A DNA stretch of 64,000 nt from Balanoglossus misakiensis (GCA_040954595.2 CM082598.2:3293154-3357153); one strand, 5' to 3'; positions 20,284 to 33,760 are shown, numbered from the stretch's first letter. Numbers and translations are program-made. Notes: a model not told the origin generated them from the sequence alone.

Positions 20284-21143
20284 TAGTGACTTTGACAATC
20301 TCTATGGTAAACATAATGGAGAAATTTTACTCATTGTTCAACCACACACACCTTCCATCCCACTTGTAGACACGAGAGTGAAAAACTCGCCATAATGAAT
20401 ATTCGGTGTTTACCATTTATTCATTTTGGCGAGATTTTTGCTCTCATATCCTACAAACGTGATGGTTGGGATTGCGCACAACTTCAGAGATTTCAATACG
20501 ACATAGTTCCATGAATATTGCCCCCACCCAACGAAAATCCCCCCCCCCCCCCAACAAGACTGAGTATAAACTGTAGCCAAATGTCCTTTATTTGCTTCAA
20601 TTGTCAAAAATGATCATTCATCTCTCTCCAATGACAGTCTAAAAACAGCCAAGGAAACTATTGGTGATATTTCCATCTCAAGGCATCATTAAACTATTTT
20701 CTCTTAAAAATTGTGGTCACTTTCATAATGTTGAATGAGAGCAAAATTGTCTCAAATTTGAAAAAATCTGTCTTCAGGAACAGAAAAACTGTCTTTAATT
20801 AATAGGTGTCCTCACCACACAAATTATATTTTTGACGTGCACGACATGTTTAATTAAAATCTTGATTTCTTTTTACAAAAATGAGCTGTTTACATGAGTG
20901 CAAATAAAGTACATTTTTTTCCATTTGCAATATTTTCTAACATCCTTTTCTGGTACTTCTTTCCTTTTCAGTGTCCTTTACTTATCCTCTTCTGGAATTT
21001 CTTTTCTTTTCTAATTATTTTCTATTTTATTATCAAAAGAAAATCAACAATCAAGAAGAATCTAAAACATAAAGTAATTTAAATAATAGTATAAAAGCCC
21101 AACCCTTGCTGTCCCTATGCATAATATGGTGCCTGAATCTAGA

Positions 21144-24100
21144 TTATTTTCTCATCTTTCGACCTCGCCCGCCTCTCCCTCGGCCCCGACGCCCTCTCTG
21201 TGGTGCGGGACTTGCCTTCGCAATTTCCTTCTTTTCTTCATCATTGACAGATTCCTCAGTTTCCATTTTCCCGTCCGAGTCTCCGTTCTCTTTGCTCTCC
21301 TCTTCGCCGTCCTCCGTCGTCGCATCCTTTCCGTCTTCCCCAGTCTCCACGGCAACCGGTGTCTCCCGTTCCTCGTCCACGTCCGTCGTGCCCTGACTCG
21401 AATCCAGACCCAGCGCGTCGTCGATGTCGCTCAGCAGATTACTGATGTCATCATCTTTCTCTTCTTCCTCTTTCACGCCGCCTGTTCCACTTTCATCTTT
21501 GGCATCTGCTGAACCTTCACCTTTGACCTCCGACACGCCCTCGTCAGTAGCATCCTCTACCTTTGAATCTTCCAAAGTTTTGTCTGCAGCTCCATCTTTG
21601 GTTTCATCCTCGACCACTTCGGTCTTCACTGTGACACCCCCTGTCGGCTCTGTCGTTATCTCTTCAACAACAGGTTCAGTCGAGTCGGTCTTCTCAGTGG
21701 CTGCCTCCTCTTTCTCCGACCCAGAGAGATCGTCCTGTAAACAAATATCATAATCATTGTTGATTGAAAGTTCCATTTCATACTACAGGTGATCTGATAC
21801 AAGCTCATGCATTTCCACCTCCTCTAAAAAAATCATGTTTTTTGGCGATGGGAGTACTATAAACAAACCTTCTGTGGTGCGATTGTGACTTTTTCTTCCT
21901 TCACAGGCTTTGACGGGCTTTGATCTTCAGTGATTGAAGATTCCTTCGTCTTTTTGCTCAGTTCTTCTTTCTTCTTGCTCATGTATTTCTGTGAAATATG
22001 AAGCAAGGAAAAAGATGAATAAATTCAGTCAGTCACTGAATATTCACCTTTCTCAATAACCCAGGGGCAGTCAGTGTCTCTGGACTGACCACCAAGCAAG
22101 GAGACTCTGCCCTACCTGAACAGCCATGTAGTGACCCTTGGTCTTGCAGTGCGTGGTCTTGGCGTTCGTCTCGTTGTTGTAGAACTTGTGACACAGCTTG
22201 CAGAAGAACCCAGCCACCGGAACCACATGGTTTTGGCCTGAAGACCACAGAAAAAAAATAATGCATAGGTAAAAAAAAAAAAAGAAGCCCATAATACACA
22301 CCAAGCATGCAGCAATACTTAGTGTGTTTGGTATTCACAACTCTCTCACCTTTACAATTGTTGAAAATATGTCCTGTCACATCTGCCTGAGACCTGCCCA
22401 GACTTGCTGTGCTATGCTGCATAAAGTACTATCTATTTCTTTCTTTCAAGGAAGGCTAATGGGAAGTTCCATTTACAGGCTCCATATCCAGGAGTCACTG
22501 TCGCAAAGTTCATCTCTTCCCCATTGATCGTTTTTTATGAACTCCACAAGACCCAGCGACGCGACATCTTGTGTTGTCAGGCAGTTAATATAGGACAACA
22601 TTTACTTGGGCTGCCAACTAGCCACTAAACTCTTCGAGACTCACAGTAGATTGTATTATTTGTTGTCCATTTGACAGATAATTTGACCTGGAATTAGTTA
22701 AGTGCATCCAACTTGCAGGACCACTTTCTGACGCACAAGGCGATCCCTTACAACTTGTCCGGATTGTATCGTATCAGTAACTCGGAATCTTGAATGTAAC
22801 AACCACTGGTTGCCACAGCCGTCTTGTGGTACAATTGCCCGTCTACGTTGGAAGTCAATCTTGAAAATTATCGTACTGTGTTGGTTGTACAGCAGACGGG
22901 ATGGGCATGTTTGCTGGCAATGTCAACAGGCCCGCTTGGTTGGCATCCATACAGATGGGTATAATCAGAGACACTCACAGTTGACACAGGATACTGTTAG
23001 TGTGGTAACAACATGAGCCGATCGAAGAGATGGGTTTGGGTGTGCAATTGAAACACTGTGTACTGATGTCACACAGCTCTGTAGCAGTAACCAGCATCAC
23101 AAAAGACAATATGACACATAACACGCATATAGGCTCTGCATAGCACATCGGGGAAGTGCTTTGACAAGAAAGACACCCTTGTAACCCGTCAGTTAGTATA
23201 GAATAGAGTCATCTAAATTGATGCGTTAGTTTTACCAGGCTGATGATAGTGAGACTACATTTCGAAGAGACAGCATTCAGACAGAAACACACTTCAAACA
23301 GCGACACATGGCATTGTCGCGATTGGTGTCTAGCGAACCTAGTCAACAGATTGTCTTTCATAAAAACTTGTTTACATGTACACCATACCCAAAGAGTAGA
23401 TTGGCCTTCATCTGCGGCAGTGGGACTTCTTCAATACAGCAGATATGCAAGAGTTTGTGAGTTAGATGGTTTGGACAAGATGAGATAAATGGTTTGGGCA
23501 AGACTTAGCAACTCATCATTGACCGAGAAATGACCGCCAGGGACCAAACCATTGTCCCACGAACAGAGGGGTGGGTGGGGGGGGGGGGGTGGTGTGTATA
23601 ACGAAAGTGGGTGCGACTTACCAACAGCAATGTCAGGGTTATAGGGACCAATGTCAAAGTCGTGGTCAACTTCACCAGCGGTCGGAATTGTGACACCCGC
23701 CTTTGCGGCCGCCGCCGCGGGCGTGGCAGGGCGGGGCTTAGGTGTCGACGTGACAGGGGGTGTGAATTCGAGATCGGCTGTTCGGGGGGCGCCTGTGGCC
23801 TGTGAGGAGGAGGCAGGCCCCTCAGCTGCTGCTACAGCCGTGTCTCCCGGCTGGGCCTTCCCGCTTTTGTCAGAGACGGCGGCGCTCTCCGCTTTCTTTT
23901 GCTTGGCGACGGCGGCGACCGACTCGGCCTTAGAACCGTCGGCGGCCCGGCCGATTTTGTCACCACCTTTTGGGGCGCCCGAGGCCGAGGTCTGGGAACT
24001 TGACAGAGCAGAGTCGTCATCCTGGATTTAACGAGAGGAGAGAAATCAAAAAATGGGAATGAAACGACGCAAGACAAGGAGTGGCGGGGGGCACTGACTG

Positions 24101-27100
24101 AACGTCTGTCTGTAGTGTAGGGTTACAATGTCATCTGCTGGGACTATGAGAATAAGTACGAGTTCATCAACAGATGGGGGGGGGGGCCTAACTGCATTGT
24201 TGTGGACACAGAGCACCTGGTGGGGGAGGGGGAGGGGAGGGGTGTGTACATAATCCTGAATGTAACCTTGTATCCACCATCATCTATGTAAGTGGTTATG
24301 TATGTGTGTGTAAAAAGGAAAGACGCATTCAACTGTGTAACAATGCAATACTGGAGTCCAATTCAGATATGCAAGGAAAAGAATCTTAGATAATCAATCA
24401 CAATTGAATAGCAGGGAGACCACAAATACAACTGTCAATTTAACTGCTTTGAGATCGTGTAATAGAGTCCTTAATGGCCCACTGTTTGTTGTATGTCCAC
24501 ATTCACGAGGAATATTAACTCACAGTTGGCGAGGTTATTGACCATATGTTAGGTGCAGCAGAGCTGAAAGCATAAAAGTGTTATAGATATAACCGCACAT
24601 TACACACTGGACAAAAGCAACAAGACTTCTAATCAACACAGTAGGGGACATGAAATATATACAGACAAACTGAAGCGTAGAGAATGTGAATAAGACAAAG
24701 CTGGGTGCGACATGGAAAATTTTGTCCGAACTAGGGTGTCTTAGTGCGATGTATTTTACAATAATTTCTTTCCACTGGAGATAAAAGTTTTATTCATCTG
24801 GAACAGCCAGGGTAATGTAGGAATCATGTTACCAATCCTTGGGACACTGATGAAGGATGTCTAAGAGTGTGAGACTTGTGTATGTTTATAACTTGGAGTG
24901 TTGTAAGTGGTATATAAAGTGTTGAGTGTGGTGTATCTCAAACGGCAGACAGAACACAGCATTCCAGATCACCACAGACATACAGCTAACATTTTGAATA
25001 CACTTCTCCATAATCCTGGTGGACGTCTGCCTGGTGGACCGTGACACCTGCTGCAAGAAGTGAACTGATTCACACAATTAGACACAGATATAGGAGGGGT
25101 GGGGGGGGGGGAGGTGGGGGGAGGGTATATGTGTATGTGTGTAATTCATATCCATCTGAGGAAAACCATGATATATGTAACTGAAATGTTACTTGATTAA
25201 TCTGTAGCATTGAGAGGGCATACTCAGATTTTTGACAGACCACATTAATGTTAAACCGAGGGCTGTTTGTATGAACCTTAGTATTGGGAGCAGGTGTAAG
25301 ATCAAGTTCAATGTGAAAGGTTGTGTCAATCGAGACTTTATTGGCCCCTGTATGTCTCTGGGAACAATGCATTTGTCACAGGGGGTGGACTGCATGTAAT
25401 TGTATACAGTGTGAGACTGGGTGAAATGAAAACATTACCCACAGGCATATGCAGAGGGCCTCAAAGGTTGGCAAGCAGAGCTAGACAGAGACAAATGATT
25501 TGATTGTATGTCAAAAGTGGATCAATTTTGGAGTGTGGAGGGCCGGGGGACCAGATGCAAGCCAAAAATTAACAGATTGTGTGATCGAAAGTCGCCACAA
25601 GAAATAGAGGAATTTGCACTCAGGGGATAGCAGCAGATCTTCACTTCCATTGATTACCGACGACTACATCTCAAGTTCCGTTGAGAGAGTCGATTGTAAG
25701 CTTGTTTTAGACAGCCAGATACAAGTCTCGTACACTTGATGGGGAGGGGGGGACCAGGGCTTTCACTCAACGGGCAACCAATGGCCCCAATGACGTGAAA
25801 AAACACTTGCAAGAAATTCGCCACCTGTCAACTGACAGAGCGCAAATTCACAAGCGAACGACAACCAATGTGTGCGGGCATTTACCGAATCGGAATCATC
25901 CTCAAATCCCACAGCGTCCAACGTGACAAAATCTTCCATATTTGGCGGCAGGAATCCCTCGTCGTCTTCCTTGTACTCCTTCCCGGATTTGCGAGCCTCT
26001 TCCTCGGCCTTTTTCCGGGCTAATTCATACACCTGACAAAAACAAACAACGGGCATACATATATGCATGTAATGGGGCTATTTGCTACAAGAACCAACCA
26101 ACTCCACTTCTGATAAAAAACTGCAAGTTGCAATAACATATGCCCATGTACAAAGACTTACAAAAAAGTCAGTACAGCATAAGGCACGCGAAGGACAAAT
26201 TATATGCAACTAAACATGGGTTACTACTCGTATGTAGTCAACAAAAAGGCCAGGACTATATGTACAAGATAATAGAGTCGTGTATCTGACAACATACTTT
26301 GATTTTTATGTAAAAATCAAGGTTTGAATGTTGACTGGAGCTGCATGTTAAATGCATTTTCTTCAGAAGTCATTATGAAACCTACAAGGTGTTCCAACTT
26401 ATCAGACAAAAATCTATCAATTTTCAACCATTTTAGACAGTGTCTTGGGGCAAGGGGAGATAGTTGAGTATATGTCCGTAGGCTTGTTTATGTACTTTTG
26501 TTCAAGCCAGGTTTGCATTCAGAAACACCAGGGAAAGAGTATACATGTACAATGTACATGATCAATTTTAACCATTTATCATCACAGGATGGTGCAATCA
26601 AGTGTTGGTTAACAATTGTACACGTCGTTTTGCTTGGTTCTTGTTGAAATGTATCACGACAAAGTAGTCTTGTCCTACCCTCCATAGGCAAGAATTTTCC
26701 CCTCAGAGATTTTCCATGAGTTGCTGTACCTTCCACACACACATAGTGTCTACAATGCAGACAAACTCTCACATTTTCTCTTTCATTCACACCTTTATAA
26801 ATTGTCCTTCAAGCTCCTTGCACAGTCATATCTGGTCCAAACACCACACACCACACAGAAACTGACCAAATACACATTCACATATCTGTTGGAGGCAATA
26901 GACACATACTATTGCCTGGTCATGTGACTAGTCCACATTCTGACCAGGTCACAAAACAAATGACCCCGGTTGAGCTGGTCTCATCTCCCCCACATTTCAC
27001 CTTCCTACTTACCTTCTTGTGGCCTGGTGTGTTGCAGTGGGCGACAAATTTCTTGGGCGTCTTGAAAGTGACATTGCAAACCCTACAGTGAGGTCGGCCT

Positions 27101-29595
27101 TCCTTCTTGGCAGACTGCAGAGAGAAGTACCACAGTTGTTATCAGATTAAAACATTGAAATAAACCCAGAAAACCCAACCTACACTGATACAAGCATATA
27201 GTCACACTGCTGGCCTTACCTTACAGTACAGCAAGGTTTAAAGCATAGAAATGTTTAACACTGATTGATTAAAGTAATTTTGGTATTTTCATGTTCGGTG
27301 AGTACACTACTAATAATGAAAGTGGTACATTTTGTATATTACGTACCTTATGTTCCACCGTCTGTCTGTGTTCAATGAGGGGTCCCCTGAAGTAGTCTTT
27401 ACAGTCTTCACAATATTTCCTATCAGGACTGAAATGAAAACAAGAATTCATTACTGTATACTTTCCACTTTCTGTGTATGCACATGTACTTTCATATACA
27501 GGGTGTATATATATATATAGGAATATTGTAACAGACCAAACTTACTCGCCAAGGATATTTTTGATGTGTTTCTCTGCTTCCAGTCGGGCTTTGGCCTGTT
27601 TGGTTTGAAACTCTGCAACGCGTTGGATCTCTTCCATTTTCTGTCGGTGGCGATTCCCTTTCATGTGATTCTCGTAATTCTATAAAGAAAGAATTATAAG
27701 AAAGCTTCAATTGCACATAACAGCATAGAATAATGCCACTTTTATATGTGTGTGATCATTTGGGTTGGCATGCTTCAGTGACTCATACAAAAGGCCAGTT
27801 TAGGAGAGTCCCTTGACTGACCACTATAGATTGACAGGTTCGACTGTATATATGTAATGTATGTGAGGAAAGATGATACAATAAACATGAATAATAAAAC
27901 CACATTTTACCTTGAGGTTGATGCACCTGGCTTGGCAAACATGACAGAACCAGTCAGGCTTTGGTTCCACTCCAGTACTTGTTGGCTTTTCATCCTAAGG
28001 ATCACAGCAGACATACAAAATGAAATTATTTTATGTCCAGGGAGTTTGAAAAACATAATAAAGAGATTCCAAGTTTCAGCATAATATACACAAGAAAAAA
28101 TGTGAAAACCAGTTCTATACACCATGGAGGTACAAATTTTATGTAAAATTTACCAACATGTTATGGAGGCAGAGGGATTGATGCTTTTACATTGTACTTC
28201 CATGGGTACATTGTACAACCACCAAAAATGTATTGCTGCCTTGTGGATGAATTTAGGTGGCATTCCTACAGAATGGGAAGTTTCCCTTTCAAGTTGATGT
28301 GACATTTCTCATTTCATTACTTAGTCTTGAAGAGAACAAACTGACTGTACCTGATTTTCACCACTCAGTGCAGCTTTCTTGCGCGGAGGTTCAGCCACAG
28401 CCCTGCCGTCATTATCCTGTTTGATGGTGACCGTGATGTCGTCTAAGTTCTTGGACTCGCCCGTGCTCTCTGTCCGCTTTCTCTTCTTCCCGCTCTCATC
28501 GCCATCTTCGTCCTCCTTCATCTCTACGTCTTCCTCCGTGGGTTCGAACGGATCGTACTTGTCGTCGGCGCTCGAGGCTTTCTCGTCTTTCTTGCTCTCG
28601 GCAGCATCTTCCACTTTCTCACCAGCGTCTTGCTTCTTCGTCTCCTCCTCGGGTTCTTTCGGCTTTGCTTTCTCCTGTCGCTTCTGTTGTTGCTGCTGCT
28701 TCTGTTGCCGGTTGCGGTTGTCGTCTCGCCGGTTCTGGACTTGTCTTGTCTGGTTTCTGTCACGGTTTCTCTGCATCTGTTGTTGGTTCTGCTGGTTTCG
28801 GTTCCTGTCCTGATTCCGGTTGTCTCTGTTGCGGTTGTACGTCTGCTGGACTTTCCCGACGCCTCTTCGGTTCATGAACTGACCTGCCCTCTGATGACCC
28901 ATACCTGTATCTCGCCTCTGGTTGTCGAAGTCACGCCGCATATTCTGGGCGTTACGCATCCCCCCTCCTGTTGACTGGTATCCGCCTCCCATTCCAAAGC
29001 CACCACCACCACCACCACCCATGCTTGACTGTGTCTGAACAGCCTGGGCAGCGAGCATTGCTTGTTGCAATCTCACTTTGGCAGCCAGGGTTTCGTCCAC
29101 GCCACTCATCTGCTGGTGACCGAGGTTGCCTTGACGACCACCACCGCCGAAGTTGGCGTTTCCCATACCCCCCATGTTCTGCATTCCGCCGCCCATACCA
29201 CCGCCGCCGCCGTAAGAATCAAAATCCCCAAGTCTACCCAGGCCGTCCCCAGAACTTTGACCCATACCGTAGTTGCCAAACCCAGACCCCATACCTGATG
29301 TATTTCCGGACAGGGGACCAGGTCCCAGAAGCGACTGTCGATTCATGTTGTCGTACTCGTTCGGTGCACTCCCCAGCAGCCCGGAGCCAAATCCACCGGC
29401 CACATTCGACCCGAAACCCGTCTGGCGTTGCTGTAAGCGGTTCTGGGAGGCCACGTCGAGCGTCAACAGACTTGGTATCGAAGCGTCTCCCATTAGACCA
29501 CCACCACCACCGCCGCCATAGTGTGAGGAATCACCCCTTCGCCCACCGCCACCTTGCCTGCCACCGCGATTATACATGCCTTGTCTGTAGGACAT
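21144..29595 (-). CDS. CIZ1: CIZ1 / Drosophila Pep-like nuclear-matrix matrin-type zinc-finger protein, ~10 exons
   Basis: Approximate exons: 29595-28351 (G/Q/R low complexity), 27994-27911, 27679-27546, 27428-27347, 27114-27013, 26032-25885, 24021-23622, 22237-22115, 21987-21868, 21734-21144. Four C2H2 fingers (WFCHVC..HMKGNRH; YCEDC..HRQTVEH; HCRVC..HCNTPGH; FFCKLCHKFY..HCKTKGH) plus EDFVTLDAVG and PYNPDIAVGQNHVVPV motifs typical of CIZ1/Pep. Confidence 0.85.
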
Positions 29596-29699
29596 CGCCA
29601 GAATACCACCAACAAACCGTCGAAGAACACGCTCACCCTCTTAGATCTCAGGAATTGCTGGAACCGAGTTCAAATTGTTGTTATTTTGGCAAATTTCAC

Positions 29700-29800
29700 G
29701 CACAAAGACGCGACCTCGAAATTGACGCGTGCGAGATACGTTTGTTCGGTACACCTTTCCTCTAATGGTGCGTCACGTGATCGCGCATATTTATGCGGCT
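29700..29800 (-). promoter_or_regulatory. CpG-rich proximal promoter of the CIZ1-like gene with a palindromic E-box
   Basis: GTCACGTGATC at ~29772-29782 and several CGCG elements 100-200 bp upstream of the ATG. Confidence 0.4.
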
Positions 29801-30849
29801 TATACGAGTGTCTGTGAATAAATATTAGTGTGGCTGAAAATGTATGTGAATTTTGACTATTCTATGCCCGTATACGGAAAGGGTGGAGTGGAGACACTGC
29901 AGAATTTTCGACAAAATGGTACAGAATTAAATTAAACGGGCCTAGTCGGGCCTAACCGAACCCCCTAAATATGTTATTAAAACCACATATCATGTTCATA
30001 TCACAATGGCGGACTTTCTCATCAAATCCATCGGATCTGTCGATCTTCTTTTTTTATTTTATGGGGGGGGGGGGGGCTCATTTATCACAAGATAGTTCCA
30101 GTCGTGTTTAAGCATTCATCTTGATGCGATGGAAATCGCCACCATTTGGCACTGGCGGAACTCTATAACTACCAAAGCGAATAAAGTTTGATGACGTGCG
30201 CAAAGTTAGACAGACTGGACGCATAATTGTAGTAAACAGACATCCAGTAACAGACATCACGAGTCCGTCTCATTCAATATTTACCGAAGACAAAAGACAG
30301 CAATTAAATGCCTGTTTCCTGGTCCTAAAAAGTTCCCCGTCAAACGATACGCGCGTCTTTATTTTATACTTAGATGCCTCCATTGACTGTCTCGTCTATG
30401 TAAGGAATTCCGTTGTGATGTGTAGAACATAGAGCGCCCAAGAAAGTTTTCCGCTAGTGCTCTGTAGATCGTCGGGTTGTTCTAAAATCTCCATGGATGG
30501 TCATTTTCAAGCAATCAAACATACATTACGCCACCAGTGTCATAAGTTAGAAATTATAGACAGCCAAGGCCAGACCCCTTGTGAGGCTAATAAAACTGTG
30601 ACTTGCAGACACCTGAAGTGAGTCGGTCTAATCAAGTGAGACTCTTCTAGTCAGGAATTCGGCGTTCTGCTTGTACTTTGGGTAAGTTTTGACTCGCGCC
30701 ATCTGTAACCATATTCACAATTGTGGGTTTGGAGTTTGTTGGCAATCTGTGTATGGTATCGTGTCAATCTGTTACTATTAGGACTCGGCAACGCACAGAT
30801 TACCAGCGACATACTTTTGTTCCTCGGGACCCTTCGTATTACTTGGACA

Positions 30850-33400
30850 TGATCACACATTTATATATGGCAATATGATGTTTACTTCAAGAAAATTTGA
30901 AGTTCCTCGGAGAGAAGATAACAGAAAATATGAAGAGTCTGGTGTTGGTCCTTGGTCTGACTTTGCTGGTGACACTTCTCGCCACAGAAAGTGAATGCAT
31001 GGTATTTTATTATTATATTAAGAAGAACGGCGAAACAGTACAAAAGCGACTACTCGGTCAAATGTAAGTTAAAACACGCAAGTTCAATTTCAATTCTAGT
31101 TCAGCTCAACTAATTCATACGCACGGTGTAGCAGAAGACGAGAAATAAGGCCCAGATTGTGTTGAACGATCCCTCAACCCCTGCGACCAAACAAATCAAA
31201 CACAAGTATGGCTGACTGCACACTTACTCGTAGCATAATAGTCACATTCTTGGCTTGTGAACAGGATTTTCAAAACACTTTTGTCGAAGTCGTATAACAC
31301 AATATCACAGAGACAACCTGCATTCACCAGGACTCGACATACCTGCAACCAATTGAGTATTGTTCTATCATATTTAGAAAGGCAGCTATCAGTAAGCATT
31401 ATTTTCATTGTTAAAATTAAATAACTCGATGATGAATGCGTCTGGCAAGTTGTCCCTCAGGTCAAACTAAGACTATTTGTGAATAACGCGTTTATTATGT
31501 ATCACATTCCTGTATTTTACCTTGAATGTGTTACATGATACGATAGGATACGACATGACAACATTTCTTTATACATGTGAAATTCTTAAGACTCAAGATT
31601 TTTTCTTTCCAGGAAAGAACTCGAGGAGGAGTTGAGAGAGAAAGAAGCCTTAGAAGATATTCTTTCCAGCCGAGAAATCGAGGAGGAATTGAAAGAGGAA
31701 GATGCCTTACATGAAGAACGGAAGAAGATGCTGATAGAGAAGGCAATCTTGAAAGCCAGAAAGAAATACTTCGACGACGAATGAATGAACGCAACTGTAC
31801 CATGGAACAAGCTGAACTGTTAAATACAGCATCAGTTGATGGCAATCTAGGAGTATATTAATGATTCACGATACTTATATCAGGATAGAATTTTATAATT
31901 TGACATGTAACATTAAAATAGCTATAACGAGAACTGCGGATTATAAACTACAAGCGACAGTGTTTAGTAGAAATCAATATATGCTTGAAATATAATACGA
32001 AGCCTCTTTTAACACACACTATTATTAATGTACTATACGGATCGTCATCGCGAGGAACCTCACCTTTCTGCTTGATATTTGCAGCAAACAAGTTACACAT
32101 GAAATGTAGTTGACAAAGATTATCGTACTGACAATGAAATAAAATTTATACTGCTACTATTAACGTTTAGTTCATTCAATCACCGAGCAAACAACATGAG
32201 GTCACGGGTGAATTGAACAATGTCAGTCAAAGACAGCCAATCGTGACCTCTTGTGAAACACGTGCACGTTTATTCAAAAACTTACAACAGACAGACTTTG
32301 GGGTAGAAGGGTGTACCTGGCGACTATTAAAGGAAAATCGACCGAGACACTCCCTTCCAAGCTGGTTTTGTCTCCACTTTGGGTAAGCTGATTTTGACTC
32401 TGTAACCAACTGTAATCATAGCAACTGAAACACTAACCACAGTAAAGAAGAAACAGTTAAATGGTACAGGCAGAAACCTTTCAGTTTGTTGCCAATCTGT
32501 CTGTTGGACCAATCTGGTATTATTCAGAATGGGCTGCGCATGCATGTGATATATTTATTTATGGCAATATAATCCTTGCCTCCAGAAAATTTGAAGTTCC
32601 TCGGAAGATAAAAGAAAACATGAAGAGTCTGGTGTTGGTCCTTGGTCTGGCTTTGTTGGTGACCTTTCTCGCCAAAGAAAGTGAATGCATACCGGCATTT
32701 GTTCTCAAGGAGATACCGGCATTTGTTCTTAAGAAGAACGCTGAAGCGGAACAAAAGCGACTTCTCGATCAGATGTAAGTAAACATTTAACATAAGTTCA
32801 AATTCAGTGTTATTTCAGCTCAACTAATTCATACGCACAGTGATATCAGGAGAAGAAAAATGGGGCCCAGCGACCAGACATATTCAACGCAAGCATGGCT
32901 GACTGCACACTTAGAAGCATAATAGTCACATTCTTGGCTTATGAACGGGATTTTCAAAACACTTTTGTCACAGAGACAAACTGCATTGACCAGACCCCGA
33001 CAACTCGGGACAACTCCCCACACGCTGTACACGTGGTTGCTGTCTCAGGTCAAACTTTGAATATTTGGAAATTTCATACTTCAATTTAACGCCTCCAGTA
33101 TGTACCATATTGGTGTATTTTCTCATTGATGTGTTATCATGATGTGGTCGCGATACGATAGGATACGACATGACTACATTTCTTTATACCGCGTGAAATT
33201 CTTAGGAATCGTGATTTTCTTTCCAGGAAAGAAATCGAGGAGTTAAGAGAGAAAGAAGCCTTAGAAGATATTCTTTCTAGTAGAGAAGTCGAGGAGGAAT
33301 TGAAAGAGGAAGAAACCTTTCATGAAGAACGGAAGATGTTGTTAAAGAAAGCAATCTTGAAAGCATTGAGTGAATACATTGGAGAAGAAGACAACGGGTA
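30850..33400 (+). repeat. Tandem segmental duplication (~30850-31790 vs ~32540-33400) carrying the two peptide genes
   Basis: Similarity spans the 5' flank (AGAAAATTTGAAGTTCCTCGG), exon 1, the intron (TTCAGCTCAACTAATTCATACGCAC; ATGGCTGACTGCACACTTA; GATAGGATACGACATGAC) and exon 2. Confidence 0.9.
30930..31784 (+). CDS. Small secreted prepropeptide, paralog 1 (exons 30930-31063, 31613-31784; 101 aa)
   Basis: MKSLVLVLGLTLLVTLLATESEC-MVFYYYI-KKNGETVQKRLLGQM|KELEEELREKEALEDILSSREIEEELKEEDALHEERKKMLIEKAILKARKKYFDDE*. Signal peptide, AT|GTAAGT donor, TTTCCAG| acceptor, same phase as in paralog 2; TATA-like TTTATATAT at ~30860. Confidence 0.8.
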
Positions 33401-33760
33401 AGTTAAGGGGGATTGTTGTCTGAACTGCACATGTGTGACTTTATCGACATTGTGCCTACTAATCAGGGAGACCCAGTGCCAACCAATACATGTTATTTCC
33501 CAGTAAATTGGAAATGTGATAACAAGTAACTACCCATTGTTTGCGTCTTATGGGACCAATACCCGCAGTTGGAGATAGGACGACACCCACCTTTTAAAAT
33601 TTACATGTTGGTATATGCAAAGTGTAACACGGTTGAAATAAACAATTCCTTTGTTATTTTCAGGAAACGTAAAGACCTCAAAAACTGGTTAGAGGAGAAA
33701 GTAAAAAATGATTTGCTAAGAGATGGAGAGAATGAACGTGAACGCACACATGGGAAGTGA
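32620..33760 (+). CDS. Small secreted prepropeptide, paralog 2 (exons 32620-32774, 33227-33397, 33664-33760; 140 aa)
   Basis: MKSLVLVLGLALLVTFLAKESEC-IPAFVLKEIPAFVL-KKNAEAEQKRLLDQM|KEIEELREKEALEDILSSREVEEELKEEETFHEERKMLLKKAILKALSEYIGEEDNG|KRKDLKNWLEEKVKNDLLRDGENERERTHGK*. Canonical splice sites in frame; AATAAA at ~33882. Confidence 0.82.

Noticed and set aside
23270-23525. Possible intronic C/D snoRNA in the CIZ1-like gene
   Set aside because: C box (ATGATGA) on the minus strand has no D box or terminal stem at a suitable distance.
28379-29765. Long plus-strand ORFs antisense to CIZ1-like exon 1 (likewise 668-1246 and 23651-24031)
   Set aside because: Shadow ORFs of GC-rich low-complexity coding exons.
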